Shown: piece by piece, positions 44,002-55,630 of the stretch | Numbering within the stretch: position 1 is the stretch's first letter | Layout: each line of letters opens with the position of its first letter | Origin: Bryobacterales bacterium | GTDB taxonomy: Bacteria > Acidobacteriota > Terriglobia > Bryobacterales > UBA6623 | DNA: 64,000 bases | Assembly: GCA_963422375.2 (NCBI GenBank) | Contig: OY729428.2 | Span: 96,001 to 160,000, forward strand | Reading direction: 5' to 3' | The notes under the pieces: model-generated | What the model saw: the letters and a program-made list of their open reading frames with translations, nothing else | The model's database searches: none | What the model was told of the DNA's origin: nothing | Translations under genes and position numbers: made by a program

Positions 44002-45270
44002 CGCCCATTCAACTCCGAAGTGCGACACACGCCGAGCCACAAGATGGCAGGGAGGGGAGAGGGGGGGCAGCGAGCGGTGGTGTCGTGGCAGTAGGCTGGT
44101 AGGTGCTGGAAGGAGCAGGGAGGCAGATGCCGAAGAGCTACACGCACGTGACGCAGGAGGAGCGCTGCCGGAGCGAGACGCTGCGGGCCGCGGGCTGGGG
44201 AGCGGACAGGATCGCCGGGCAGCCGGGCCGCAAGCGGGCCACGATCTACCGCGAAGTGGGCCGCAACGGCCGACCGGCGGAGGGCGAGCGCGCGGCGAGC
44301 TACAGCTGGGGGAGCGCGCAGGAGCGCGCGGAGCGGCGCGCGGCGTCGTGCCGGCCGCGCCAGCTGACGTCGGCGCTGCGGACGCGGAGCGAGGACTGCC
44401 TGCGGCAGGACTGGAGCCCGGAGCAGGAGCCCGGAGCAGGTCGCGGCGCGGCTGCAGCGGGAAGGGGCGCTGGAGATCAGCCCCGAACGGATCTACCAGC
44501 TGGTGCGCGCGGACCGGCGGCAGGGGGGCCGGCTGTACCGGCACCTGAGGCAGGGCGGCCGCAAGCGCGTGCGGCGGGTCGGCCGGACGGCGGGCCGCGG
44601 CCTGATCCCGGGGCGCGCGGACATCGCGGAGCGCCCGGCGGAGGCGCGAGCGAAGGCGCGCGGCGGCGACCGGGAGGCCGACACCGTGATCGGCGGGCAG
44701 CGCCGCGGGGCGCTGGTGACGCTGGTGGACCGGTTCTCTAAGTACCTGCTAGTGCAGCCGGTTAGCCGGCGCACGGCGCAGCTGGTCGGGGCGGCGATGA
44801 CGGCCATGCTCGCAGGGATGCTCGCAGGGAGCGGGGCCGTGACGCACACGCTCACGGCCGACAACGGCAAGGAGTTCGCGGCAAGGAGTTCGCGGGACAC
44901 CGGGAGGTGGCGCAGCGGCTGGGGGCGGGCTTCTGCTTCGCGCGGCCCTGCCACTCCTGGGAGCGCGGGCTGAACGAGCATGCCAACGGGCTGCCGCGGC
45001 AGTACTTCCCGCAGGGGACGGACCTGCGGCGGGTGGACCCGGCCCGGGTGCGGGAGGCGCGGGACCGCCTGAACCGGCGTCCGCGGAAGGTGCCGGGCGG
45101 GCGCACGCCGGAGGAAGTCTTCCGGGCGGAGCGGGAGCGGGTGCCGCGGGGCTGAGGCAGGGCTGGCAGCCCGCCGCGGGGACAGGGGCGCGGGGGAGCT
45201 GCGCCCGGACAGGCGCGGATTCGACCCGCCTGCCCGGGACGCGGCCCCCCGCTTCGGAGTTGAATGGGCG
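44002..45270 (+). mobile_element. IS30-family element, frameshifted transposase (44127..45155)
   Basis: Perfect 19-bp IRs CGCCCATTCAACTCCGAAG, 3-bp TSD ACG. Motifs WSPEQ, EADTV, TADNGKEFA, SWERGLNE.ANG, LNRRPRK. Confidence 0.92.
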
Positions 45271-45440
45271 ACGGAAAATGCGCCTGACGGATGTCCACGG
45301 AGAGCCAATTCCGCAATTGGTCAGCGAGGGCGGGTTTCGGCGGCGGCCCCGTGCCGCCATCAGGCCGTCCCAGCGACCCGTCCGAATGGCTGCCTAGTCG
45401 CAATTCGGCGACGGCGTGCGCCCTCCGATGCCATTGAGCC

Positions 45441-47168
45441 TTGGTCAAATCCCGGTGGACTGTCTCCGCGAGGTTTGCTCTCGCACGGCACATGTGCAAG
45501 AATGGGGCCATGTCGCCATCTCCCGAGAGGGACGCTGGCTTTCTGGATGCGATGCGACCTAATATTGTCGCGATGCGGCCGAATGCGCCAGTGCGCGGCG
45601 ATGCCCCGGTCCGCATCGAACGGTCTGCCGTTCGATGCCGGGCGCTCCCTCGCCGACGGTCAAGAATTCGTGACACGCTCGTTCCGCGCACGCCTGCGCC
45701 CGGGTCAGCCGTTCGGATCGCCGGGGCAGGCCACCTTGTCGTCCTAATTGCCTGGTTCTCCGGCAGCCTCGCGGCCCCCGTGCCCTCTGCGCTCCCGGAA
45801 AGGGCAGGCCTCCATGCGGCGCAGGTGCCGCAGCGCGTACCGCGCGATGGCGGAAGGGATCGCAGGGGTAGGCTGGAGACCTTCCGAACCGAGGTACCCC
45901 GCCACGCGTACGACATTGTCCTCGGATGCCCGACTGGCACTTCCGTCACCGCGAGCATCCTCGCCTACTCGCCAATGGAAGGCTATTTCGAATTCGGTGC
46001 CAAGCCCGACGAATACCGAGCGCAATCGGATCGGGTTCGCCTCGAGTCCGGCGTGCCGCAGGAAGTGATTCTCGACGGCCTTGCGGCAATATCGAGGTAC
46101 TTCTACCGCTGGCGCAGCCGGTCAGATCCAGCGGCCGAATTCGATGCTTCGGAGGAATTCACGTTCCGCACGGGCCGCGCCGAAGGAGACGACTTTGTGT
46201 TCACCGTTCAGTCCGATTCCCATTTGGACGAGCGGACGGATCCTCGTCTCTACGTGGCCTCTCTGCGAAACGCCAAGGCGGCCAGACCCGATTTCCATAT
46301 CGATCTGGGGGACACGTTCATGACCGACAAGCGGCGGACGGACTACAGGGACGCCCTGCCGCAGTATGTTGCTCAGCGGTATTACTTCGGCTTGATCGGC
46401 ACCGTGTCACCAGTCTTTCTCGTCTCGGGAAATCACGATGCCGAGGGCAAGGCTCGAGGCGCGATGGGACGATGGGCGCGCGAACAGCGCAATGCCTACT
46501 TCGCCACACCGTCCGACGGGGCCAGCGACCAAGGAAACTATTACGCATGGGACTGGGGGGACGCGCTATTCGTCGCATTGGATCCGTTCTGGGCGACGCC
46601 CCGCGTTCGGCCGCCAGGAGACTATTGGGCGCGCACGCTAGGCGAGAATCAGTACCGCTGGCTGGCCACGGTATTGCGGTCGAGCCAGGCGAAGTTCAAG
46701 TTCGTCTTCCTTCACCATCTCGTAGGCGGCATCAACCAGCAGGCGCGTGGCGGAGCCGCCGCGGCCAGCCTGTTCGAATGGGGCGGGCGCGGGCTTGACG
46801 GCTCGTACGAATTCGGCGACCGCAGGCCCGGCTGGGAGAAGCCGATTCACGACCTGCTTGTCGAGACGGGAGTTGGGGTCGTGTTTCACGGTCACGACCA
46901 CGTGTTCGCGAGGGAATCGCTCGACGGTATCGCCTACCTGCTCGTTCCCCAGCCGGGGCTGGACCGATTCGGAGCACCACGCTCGATCGAAGGCGGCTAC
47001 GAACACGGCGACGTGGTCGGCGGGCCCGGACACGTGCGGGTCGAGGTATCCTCCGAAGCGGCCTTGGTCGAGCTCGTCCAGACCCGTTTCGAAGGGACCG
47101 CCAGGGAGAACGGGCGAGTGTCCTATTCGTTTCGCGTCCAGCCAAGATGCGGAGGAAACTGCCAGTGA
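45441..47168 (+). CDS. Metallophosphoesterase (purple acid phosphatase-like, FN3 plus calcineurin-like). Start uncertain
   Basis: SDSH, DLGD, GNHD, FVFLHH, FHGHDH. Confidence 0.8.
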   Translation: MVKSRWTVSARFALARHMCKNGAMSPSPERDAGFLDAMRPNIVAMRPNAPVRGDAPVRIERSAVRCRALPRRRSRIRDTLVPRTPAPGSAVRIAGAGHLVVLIAWFSGSLAAPVPSALPERAGLHAAQVPQRVPRDGGRDRRGRLETFRTEVPRHAYDIVLGCPTGTSVTASILAYSPMEGYFEFGAKPDEYRAQSDRVRLESGVPQEVILDGLAAISRYFYRWRSRSDPAAEFDASEEFTFRTGRAEGDDFVFTVQSDSHLDERTDPRLYVASLRNAKAARPDFHIDLGDTFMTDKRRTDYRDALPQYVAQRYYFGLIGTVSPVFLVSGNHDAEGKARGAMGRWAREQRNAYFATPSDGASDQGNYYAWDWGDALFVALDPFWATPRVRPPGDYWARTLGENQYRWLATVLRSSQAKFKFVFLHHLVGGINQQARGGAAAASLFEWGGRGLDGSYEFGDRRPGWEKPIHDLLVETGVGVVFHGHDHVFARESLDGIAYLLVPQPGLDRFGAPRSIEGGYEHGDVVGGPGHVRVEVSSEAALVELVQTRFEGTARENGRVSYSFRVQPRCGGNCQ

Positions 47169-48546
47169 ACGCCCGGATTTGCCTCCTTCTGGCCTGGATT
47201 GCGACAGCCGCCGGAGCCAGACCGCCCAATTTCGTCTTCATCCTCGCGGACGACCAAGCATGGAACGGCCTGTCGAGGCGTATGATGCAGGGCTTGCCCG
47301 AGTCCGCCAGCGACTACCATCGAACCCCGAGAATATCGACCGCCTAGCGCGCGAGGGCATGACGTTCTCGCGCGCCTACGCAGCTGCTCCCAAGTGCGAA
47401 CCGTCCAGGTACGCAATCACGTTCGGAATGACTACCACCAGCCTGAACGCTCCAGACAAGCGCACCGCGATGCGCCTCAGGGCGGATTCCCGGAACTCCC
47501 TCGCAAACGCGCTGAAACGGGCCAACTCTTCGTACGTGGCGGCGACGTTCGGGAAGTGGCAGCATACGAGGCCGCAGGGCGAGCTCGGTTTTGACAGGGA
47601 CGACGGCATGATCACTGAGAACCAAGACGGGGAATCCCCCGATCCGCGAGACCCGAAGCGGATGTTCGACCTGACCAAGAAAGGCAATCGCTTCATGGAG
47701 GACAGCGTTGCAAGGGGGAAGCCATTCTACTTGCAACTCTGGCACTACGCGGTGCACGGCAGCAATCAATCCCTACCCGAGACCTTGGAACGATGGCAGG
47801 CGCGGCCGCCGGGGCGGCTGCACCGAGACCCGACGCGTGCAGCCATGGCTGAGGATTTCGACAGGGCCGTGGGACTGACCTTGGAAAGAATCGATCAGCT
47901 GGGCATCCGGGACATGACCTACGTCGTCTACATGTCCGACAACGGCGGTCCGACTCGCTACCGGCGCGGCGGGAAGACGAACGTCACCGAAGGAGGGTTG
48001 CGCGTTCCTCTAGTGGTGCGCGGGCCTGGAGTCGCCGCGGATGCGAGGTGCGACATCCCTGTCGTCGCATACGACCTGCTACCTACCTTCCTCGATCTCG
48101 CGGCCCCCGGAACGCATCCTCCGCCCAGGGTCGAGGGTGGCAGTTGGAAGCCGCTGCTCCTGACCCGGTGCGCAGAGGGTGTCGAGCGGCCCTTGGACCG
48201 AATGGTGTTCTTCTTCGCGGAAGCACGGGGCCGCGAACCAGGCCCCCAAGCTGCGATCATCGCCGGGAATTTCAAGCTGCTCTACACTTGGAACGATACC
48301 CGGGCGGTCTTGTACGACGTCAGCACGGATATTCGGGAGACGCGGGACATCGCGGCGCAACACCCGGACCTAGCAGCGAGCCTGCAGCGCGAACTGATGG
48401 ACCACCTCCGAGCGGGCCTGGGCGAGGAGGCCCTCGCGAGGGTCGGGACCGAAGATGCAGATGCACGACCCGCGCGGCGGACCCGCCCGAGAGATCGAGA
48501 CAGCCGGCGGTCGCGGCGGCGACAGCGCGAACCTAGCGTCCGATGA
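47165..48546 (+). pseudogene. Sulfatase with one frameshift
   Basis: PPNFVFILADD, then a frameshift near 47330 to NIDRLAREGM, CEPSR (formylglycine motif), GKW, SDNG, EGGLRVP. Confidence 0.8.
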
Positions 48547-49520
48547 ACCGGCCAAGGGTTGTCCTGGGAACTGCCCTCGCACTCGGGGGCGCCTGGGCCG
48601 CCGAGCAATCGCAGACCGCCTTTGAATTCGACCCGGAGATCGTGGCTCGCTCCTTTCGAGCCTTCCCGGGCGAGGTGGGCGTGCATTGGGACCGAGAATT
48701 CTTCTACGTCGAGTCCAACTCCATGCCCCGGCACAGAATGATGGTCGGCATCCGAGCCTGGAACCGGCAGGTTCCGATTCCCCAGCCGTACGTCGGAGCC
48801 AACGCGTTCCGATTCCCGCTAAAGCCTCGCTTTGCCGAGCGCCCGGTGTCCGGTAAGGAAACGCTCTTTCGCGGAGCGATCGCTATTGCTGGGAACGGAA
48901 TTCCAATTTTCAACCCGATCAAGCAGGACGGGCGCACGGACACGTACCTAGCGGGCGAACTCGACGAGTTCGGGGGCCATGCGGGCCGGGCGGACGACTA
49001 TCACTATCACATTGCTCCGATCCACCTCGCCGACCAGATCGGCGCGGACCTGCCCCTTGCTTGGGCCTTGGACGGTTTCCCGATCTTCGGATACGGCGAG
49101 CCCGACGGAGCCCCTGCGCGAGACTTGGACTGGCTCAACGGCCACTCGCGGCCCGGGTCCGCTTACCACTATCACGCGGCTCGGCGGTACCCCTGGGTCA
49201 ATGGCGGTTTCCGTGGAGAGATCGAGCTCCGCGACGGAGCGGTCGCGACCCAGCCGCGGGCACGGGGGCTTCGACCGTACACGCGGCCGCTTCGGGGAGC
49301 GACCGTTACTGGCTTCAAGCGGCGGGGCGACGGCAGGTACAGGCTCGAGTTCGACCTTCGCGGCCAGCCTCACTCGGTCGGCTACGCGCTGCTAGCTGAC
49401 GGCGGCGGGGAATTCACCTTCACGGACGGAACGGGGCGCAGCCGGACCGAAGTCTACTCTGCCCGCTCGCCGAGGTCCAAGGCTAGGAACCGGACTTCCG
49501 GACAGAACCGCAGCCGCTAG
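48543..49520 (+). CDS. YHYH-domain protein
   Basis: NGIPIFNP, GGHAGRADDYHYH, DGFPIFG, second YHYH. Signal peptide. Confidence 0.88.
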   Translation: MNRPRVVLGTALALGGAWAAEQSQTAFEFDPEIVARSFRAFPGEVGVHWDREFFYVESNSMPRHRMMVGIRAWNRQVPIPQPYVGANAFRFPLKPRFAERPVSGKETLFRGAIAIAGNGIPIFNPIKQDGRTDTYLAGELDEFGGHAGRADDYHYHIAPIHLADQIGADLPLAWALDGFPIFGYGEPDGAPARDLDWLNGHSRPGSAYHYHAARRYPWVNGGFRGEIELRDGAVATQPRARGLRPYTRPLRGATVTGFKRRGDGRYRLEFDLRGQPHSVGYALLADGGGEFTFTDGTGRSRTEVYSARSPRSKARNRTSGQNRSR

Positions 49521-50490
49521 TGTCGGCGAAGGGCCGGGCTAACGACGCGAGCACAGCGAGACCGATGACGATCATTTGGCCGCGCGCCCATGCAGTCTCC
49601 CGGGACCGACGTGTCGCGCTTGGCCGGATGGCATTCCGGACGCGCGAGGCAATCGAGTCTCGCCTGTGACGGGCGGTCAGCGTCACGTGCCACCGGTCGC
49701 GGCGGTGCGCGTTGCGGCCGAACGGCCCGGAGCGACGGACCAGTCCGTCTTGGCTGCGGGTCCCGAGCCGGGATTTGGTCGTGTGCATCAGTCAGAATGA
49801 CCTTGTTCTCCGCGGCCAAGCGGGACATGGGATGGACTCCTACTGCGAACGTCCTCGCGGGATTGATGTTCCAGGGGCGGAGAATCGTCCGCTGTAGCGG
49901 AATTCGTACGGGGCCGACGGTGAACTCGTGATCGGGGCTGAAGCCCTAGCCGTCCGATAGAGGGTAGGGATTGGAAGGCCGACGGCGGTTATTCGCGTGG
50001 CGGCCCTGCCCAATCACTGTCGGAGCACCGAGCCTGCATGCTAGCGAGAGAAAGGGAGAGCACGGTCTCTAGGTGCAGGCATGCACGGGCCGGACTTCGA
50101 GGCGCAGTGTCTCACGGTGCGGGGTCGGCGTTCGACCTGCGCGAGACCTTTTCTGGCTTCGACCGCCTCCGCCCTGCGGAATGAAGTAGATGCCGTCGAA
50201 CATGGCGGAGGTGGCGCAGGCTCACGCTGGCCGTACGTGGGCCGCTAGCGCACAGAGTCGCTCGGCCTAAGATGAATTGGATGCACTGAAGCCGGGCGCG
50301 TAGCTCAGCTAGATAGAGTATCTGCCTTCTTAGGCGAGACCCAAGACTAACTTGTCCCATAGGCTGGCAATCCAGACACAGCGCCAGGAGCATCCAATCC
50401 CCAAATAGCGAAGCATTTCTATATAGTGCCATGAGTTGCTGATCCAAGCTTCTGAATGCGACTTGTCGTTCTGCCCGATTTCTGCTCTAG

Positions 50491-51076
50491 TGAATATGGC
50501 CTGGCATGACAGGCCATATGGGGCCCGCTACCTTCTCCGCCGACACCGCCGCTGACCTGCTCCAGCGCCGCTTGGTCGACACCATGCCCGAGCTCGTCGC
50601 CGCCCTCGGTGCACGTCCTAGCGCACCGTCCTGCGCAAGCTCAAGCAACTGCCCTACTTGGTCAGCTGCTCGCATCGCCGCCGCTACTACGCCCTGCAGT
50701 CCGCGGCGCGCTTCGACTCCCATGGCCTGTGGTCCTACGAGTACATCCGCTTCTCATCCTGCGGCACCTTCCTCGCCGCTGCCCCGGGCGGGCTGCACTC
50801 CGAGGAACTGGACCGGCAGCTGGGCGTGCGCACGCATCCCCAGCCGGGGCCCGTGGCGGCGGCGCTCTTCACCAGTCTGCTCAACGCGAAGCAGCGCCGC
50901 CTGTTCGTCGGCCTAGCGGCGCTGCTGTGGGGTCGCGACGGCGACCGGCACGTCGAGGAGTGGCTGGGATTGCATCCCCGCACCGTGAGCCGCGGCCGTC
51001 GGGAACTGCTTTCCGGCGGAGTCGACGCGAACGGCGTGCGCAATCCGGGCGGATGGCGCACGCCGTTCGAAAAAAC
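50491..51076 (+). mobile_element. ISAzo13-family transposase 5' remnant
   Basis: LNAKQRRLF.GL...TVSRGRREL...VRNPGG.R..EK pattern, frameshifted and truncated. Confidence 0.65.
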
Positions 51077-51613
51077 GGGGGAACAAATACGCAATTTACC
51101 AAGACCCGCTTGACATGCGACCCCGGCCAGGGCAAGTGGCAGATGAGTATGGCACCCAAGGCATCCGGACGCCATGAGCGCCAAGGACCTTCGCTGGTGG
51201 ACATGACACGGATCTTCCCGGACGATGCGGCGGCCGAGGAATGGTTCGTCAGGAACGGCTGGCCTGCCGGTGCGTCCTGCCCGGAACGCGGGTCGCTCGA
51301 TGTGCGGGAGCGGCCGACGCGCAAGCCGCAGCCCTACCGCTGGCGAGACTGCCCCGAAGGCTTCTCGGTCAAGACCGGAACGCTAATGCACCACTCCAGG
51401 CTCGGCCTGCAGGTCTGGGCGATTGCGCTGGACCTGCTCTCGACCGGGATCAAGAAAGGGTCAGGCATGAATATCCACCGGGACCTAGGCGTGACCCGGA
51501 AGACGGCTTGGTTCCTCGCGCATCGCCTCCGCGAGACTTGGCGCGAGCGGGGCGAGCCGTTTGCCGGACGGGTGCATGAAGCATGCGACAAGAGCAATCC
51601 TAATCCCCAGTGA
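51077..51613 (+). mobile_element. IS1595-family 5' remnant
   Basis: FPDDAAAEEWF..GWP, FSVKTGTLM, HRDLGVTRKTAWFLAHRLRE. No DDE core. Confidence 0.75.
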
Positions 51614-51722
51614 ACTCGATCCGCTCCAGAAACCGGGCTGAGGGCCCAGCCCAGGGGCGCTTCCTGGGTGGCGGCAGGGGCAGAGGCGGGCCACCCTGGG
51701 AGGACTATGACCTCTGACGCGC

Positions 51723-52475
51723 TCAGTTCAGCGATACCAGCAGGCGCCGGGCGGCGTCAATTTCCGGGAACCGGCGCTCGTCGGCGAGGAACTCGGGCGT
51801 GTGGATGCAGCGGCGGCCGGCCTCCAGCCTAGTCGGATGCTTGACGTGGAGCATCTCGTGATACAGCACGTACTCCAGTGCGAGGGCCGGGACGTCGGCC
51901 GCGTCCAATGCGCTGCTAATCACGATCACGTCGTGCGCGGGGTCGTAATGGCCGAGTCGCTTGCGCGCCCGCCCGACGCTCCAGCCGAGCGCCGGCTTGC
52001 GCAGGCCGCCGCCGAAATAGCGCCGGTTCAGGGCGTCGAACTCGATCTCGAGATCGCGGACGAGCCCTTGGGGCGGTCGCATGCGCTTCCTCCCGCGCAC
52101 CCTGCGGACCGCGATCATCCTGTCCTGTGTTTCGGACGAGTTGACCCAGCTGTCGTACTCCCGCTTGGTCCCGGCAAGGACCCGCTTATCGTAAAGCCGG
52201 CTGAGCAGGATCGTCGCCAGCGAGTCGATCACGCGACGCGGCGCGACGGCAAGCAGATCGCTGAGATACACGCACAAGCGCCCCGACTCGGGGTCGAACC
52301 GCACTACCGACCGCAGACTCGCGTACCGGCGGAAGGCAACGTCAATCCGGGGCGCTTCCAAGCGCGGGTTCAGCCGGAAGAACGCCTGCCGGAAGACCCG
52401 CTGGAGAGCCGCGAGCCGCTCCGGCCCCGCCTCGGCGACCGCTGGAACTGCCGGTGGCGACGCAGTCGGCGACAC
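51723..52475 (-). CDS. SprT/YgjP-like zinc metallopeptidase domain protein
   Basis: FDALNRRYF, LGHYD, YVLYHEMLH, HTPEF. Confidence 0.8.
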   Translation of the reverse strand: MSPTASPPAVPAVAEAGPERLAALQRVFRQAFFRLNPRLEAPRIDVAFRRYASLRSVVRFDPESGRLCVYLSDLLAVAPRRVIDSLATILLSRLYDKRVLAGTKREYDSWVNSSETQDRMIAVRRVRGRKRMRPPQGLVRDLEIEFDALNRRYFGGGLRKPALGWSVGRARKRLGHYDPAHDVIVISSALDAADVPALALEYVLYHEMLHVKHPTRLEAGRRCIHTPEFLADERRFPEIDAARRLLVSLN

Positions 52476-52496
52476 CGTCCCGGCACTCCCCGCCGC

Positions 52497-53114
52497 CTAC
52501 TTGTTGGACGCGGCGGTGCGCTGGGCCACGTAGTCCTCGTAGCGGCGGTGAACGAGCACGTGGAACGTCGGCTGCTTGAACTCCTCGATCGCGTAGAGGT
52601 AGCCCTTGCCGCGCAGATTCAAAAGCACGTTGCGCATCCATCTCTGCTGGCTGCTCGCCATGCCGTTCTTGGACAGGTCGAGGCAGGCCCCGGTCAAGTG
52701 AGCCGACGCCTTCGGACCGCTCGCCGCCGCCGCGTTGCCGTTGCGCCTCGCCAAGGAACGCTGGTAGCTTGCCGTCCTGACCAAGCTCGTCACGCGCATC
52801 TGGCGTCCGAAGCGCGCCCGAAACTGGCTGCTCAGCCGCTCGAGAAACAGGCGAGCCCAAGGCCGCAGGTAGCGGTAGTCTGCCGGCACGGAATGCAGGT
52901 AGTAGTCGCGGGTCTTCTCGCTGACGGGGACCAGCAGCCGCAACCTCGACCAGCGCTGCAGCATCGCCTTGTCCTGCATCCGGGACAAGTGGTCCCGGTC
53001 GGCCAGCCTGTTCTGGTCCAGCTGCGACTGCGACGTGGCCCGCAGGGGCGAAGCGCCCTGCACGCCGAGCGCCCCGGTCAAAACAAACGCTAGAAGTATT
53101 GTAGCACTTGGCAT
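52497..53114 (-). CDS. DUF5715-family exported protein (peptidase M15-like)
   Basis: VTSLVRT..YQ..L...N.NAA, SAHLTGA..D, E..QP.FH. Confidence 0.75.
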   Translation of the reverse strand: MPSATILLAFVLTGALGVQGASPLRATSQSQLDQNRLADRDHLSRMQDKAMLQRWSRLRLLVPVSEKTRDYYLHSVPADYRYLRPWARLFLERLSSQFRARFGRQMRVTSLVRTASYQRSLARRNGNAAAASGPKASAHLTGACLDLSKNGMASSQQRWMRNVLLNLRGKGYLYAIEEFKQPTFHVLVHRRYEDYVAQRTAASNK

Positions 53115-53245
53115 CTTGACATAGGATAGCAAAGCCGTGCGTCGCTACCTCAGCGAGACCCCATAATAGTGGCACGGTATTCTCCGAACACCGGACTGAT
53201 TGGCGCCGTCTTCCAGCGGAGGCTGCCATGCCTGGAACCGATTCA

Positions 53246-54931
53246 ATGGCGGCTCGACGCCGTGTCGGCCCGTTGGCACTCGCCTGTTCGCTGGCAGCCG
53301 CGCCCGCTCTCGTGGCCCAGCACGGCTGGGTCGCCGAAACGCAGCATTTCCGCGTGATGGCACCGGAGGCCCCGGGCCTCGGCGGCACGCAGGTCGCCGC
53401 CGCGATCGCCGATCTCGAAACGATTCGGCGCGATTTCGAGCGGGCCGGCTTGGGGCTTTCCGCGCGGGCGGACGGGCGGACCGAGATCCTGATCGTGCCT
53501 CACGCGCTGGATCTGCGCTCGCTGCTGGGCGACCCGGCGAGCGCCCGCACGAGGGGAGTCACGGTCCGGGGCCTCGACCGCGACTACACGGTCGCGCCAT
53601 GGCACGAACTGCCCGGACCCCGGATCACGCTCGCTCACGAGTACGCCCATCATCTCGACGACCCCGGCTGGCCGCCCTGGTTCCGAGAGGGGCGGGCAGT
53701 CTATCTCGGGCGGCGCACCGAACCGCGAACGGACGCCGCGCCGCTGGCGGGCCTCGCCGGCCCGCTCGGCCGCCCCGACTGGATCGACTGGGCCGAGCTG
53801 CTCTCCGCCGAGCCTCGCAGTCCGGCGACACGGTCGGACCTGTTCCAGCCGCAGTCCTGGCTGCTGGTCCACTGGCTGGCGAGCCGCCTGCGCGACATCG
53901 CGCGGCTGTCGCCCCGGATGGGCGACCGGGCACTGGCGGAGATGGGACCGGACTCTCTGGACGACGCGCTGCGCAGGCACCTGGCCGAGGTTCCGGAGCG
54001 CCCCTCGCCGTGGCTGGTGCCCCTATCCGGTGCCGAGGTCCCGCCCGAGCTCCGGCCGGCCCTCGCTTGGGAAGTCCCGCTCTTCAAGGCGGAAGCGCAG
54101 ACGGCCCTGCGTATGCTCGCCGCGGCCGAGCCGGCTCTGGAACGGCTGGCCGGACGCTTCCCGCGAGTGGCAGCTATCCACGCCGCAGGCGCGGCCCTGC
54201 AGCTAGTGCGCGGACGGCACGATCTGGCGGAAAGGCGGTTCGGGCTGGCGCTTGCGCTGGGCGACTCGAGGGCAAGGTCGGCGTACCGCTACGCGAACCT
54301 GCTGATGCGACCGGGCGCGGTGCCGAGGGCGCGCTCCGAGAGGGCGCTGCTCTTCGCCTTGAGCGCGAGGGAGCGGATGCCGCACGAGCCGACGCACCAC
54401 CTGGCCGTCGCGCATGCCCGGATGCTGCTCGAGGACTGGGCCGGCGCGTACGCGGCCCTGCAACAACTCCTGCGCCTGCCCGGCTGGGCGGGCCGCGCCG
54501 GGCGCGAGGCGCTGGAGGTCCGGAGGCGGAGGACCCAAGCGCTACGCGCCGTGGCAAGCCCCGAAGTCGAGGCGCCCGTCCCCGCATTCGACCTGCCGGG
54601 GCCGGACCAGCCCCGCCCGGCGGACTGGAAGGCACCGGCCGCACCGCCGGAATCCGCGAGCGGCCGCTGGCCTCCATACGGCACCTGGGTGGCTCACGGG
54701 CGGGTCGCTTGGGTCCGCTGCAGCGGGAACCAAAAGACGGTGATCGTGCATTCCCCCTACCGCCGGCTGGTGCTACGCGAGAGCCCCGAGCGCCCGCCGC
54801 GGCTGATCAACCGGCCGTTCCGGGACAAGTCGCTGCCGTGCGACTCGCGGGGGTGGGTGGTCGCAGTCGCCTACCGCAAGTCGCGCGGGCCGGGCGAGAT
54901 CCACGGCGAGCTGGTCGGCATGCGATTCTGA
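53246..54931 (+). CDS. Exported zincin-like/TPR protein (DUF1570-like)
   Basis: HEYAH...P.WF.EG, QSWLLVHWL, helical TPR-like repeats. Confidence 0.6.
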   Translation: MAARRRVGPLALACSLAAAPALVAQHGWVAETQHFRVMAPEAPGLGGTQVAAAIADLETIRRDFERAGLGLSARADGRTEILIVPHALDLRSLLGDPASARTRGVTVRGLDRDYTVAPWHELPGPRITLAHEYAHHLDDPGWPPWFREGRAVYLGRRTEPRTDAAPLAGLAGPLGRPDWIDWAELLSAEPRSPATRSDLFQPQSWLLVHWLASRLRDIARLSPRMGDRALAEMGPDSLDDALRRHLAEVPERPSPWLVPLSGAEVPPELRPALAWEVPLFKAEAQTALRMLAAAEPALERLAGRFPRVAAIHAAGAALQLVRGRHDLAERRFGLALALGDSRARSAYRYANLLMRPGAVPRARSERALLFALSARERMPHEPTHHLAVAHARMLLEDWAGAYAALQQLLRLPGWAGRAGREALEVRRRRTQALRAVASPEVEAPVPAFDLPGPDQPRPADWKAPAAPPESASGRWPPYGTWVAHGRVAWVRCSGNQKTVIVHSPYRRLVLRESPERPPRLINRPFRDKSLPCDSRGWVVAVAYRKSRGPGEIHGELVGMRF

Positions 54932-54937
54932 GCCACC

Positions 54938-55615
54938 CTACATGATGCCGTAGCGGGCGAACGCCTCGCGGGTCGGCATTCCCGCTGCGATTTCCTTGCG
55001 GACCACGTTCTCGCCGCGGACCTTCTCCAGCGCGCGGACGAAGATCTCCGTCTCGTGACGCCGCGGGACCACGCAGACGCCGTCGCGGTCGCCGACCAAG
55101 ACGTCGCCGGTCTCGATCCACGCCTGGCCGATGCGGATGCGCGAGCGGTAGTCCACGACCTTGCCCCGCGGCCCCTGATCCTGGGCGTACGCACCGTGCC
55201 CGAACACCGCGAAGTCGAGCGCGATGATGCCGTCGGTGTCGCGGTAGCAGCCGTCGACGACGGCCCCCTCCGCGCGCAGCACGCGAGCGCGGGTGGCCAT
55301 CAACTCGCCCCATAGGGCGTAGCGCGGCGAGCCGCCGCCGCAGACGTAGATTTCACGGGGCTTGAGGTCGTCAAGCGCTTCCAGCATGAGGCCGAACGGC
55401 GGATCCGCGCCGACCTCCCCCTCCGCGATGTCCTCCGTGGTCACCGTCATCGCCCGCCCGGCCAAGCGCATGCCGGGAAGGATCGGACGGATCTCGGGGG
55501 GCAGGAACTGCCGCAGCAGCCCGGCCTGGTCCATCACGTCTCCGACGACGGCCGAATACAGCGTGCCGCGAACGAGATCGAAGAGATCCTCGTCCGTGCT
55601 CCACGCCAGCGCCAT
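54938..55615 (-). CDS. RraA/HMG-aldolase family protein
   Basis: VVGDVMD, ALWGELM, VVDG.YRD, GD.LVGD.DGV. Confidence 0.88.
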   Translation of the reverse strand: MALAWSTDEDLFDLVRGTLYSAVVGDVMDQAGLLRQFLPPEIRPILPGMRLAGRAMTVTTEDIAEGEVGADPPFGLMLEALDDLKPREIYVCGGGSPRYALWGELMATRARVLRAEGAVVDGCYRDTDGIIALDFAVFGHGAYAQDQGPRGKVVDYRSRIRIGQAWIETGDVLVGDRDGVCVVPRRHETEIFVRALEKVRGENVVRKEIAAGMPTREAFARYGIM

Positions 55616-55630
55616 ACGCCCCTCCCCGCG

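Noticed and set aside
49520..50490. Short ORFs in the lower-GC gap after the YHYH gene
   Set aside because: No recognisable motifs or convincing starts, so no call can be supported.
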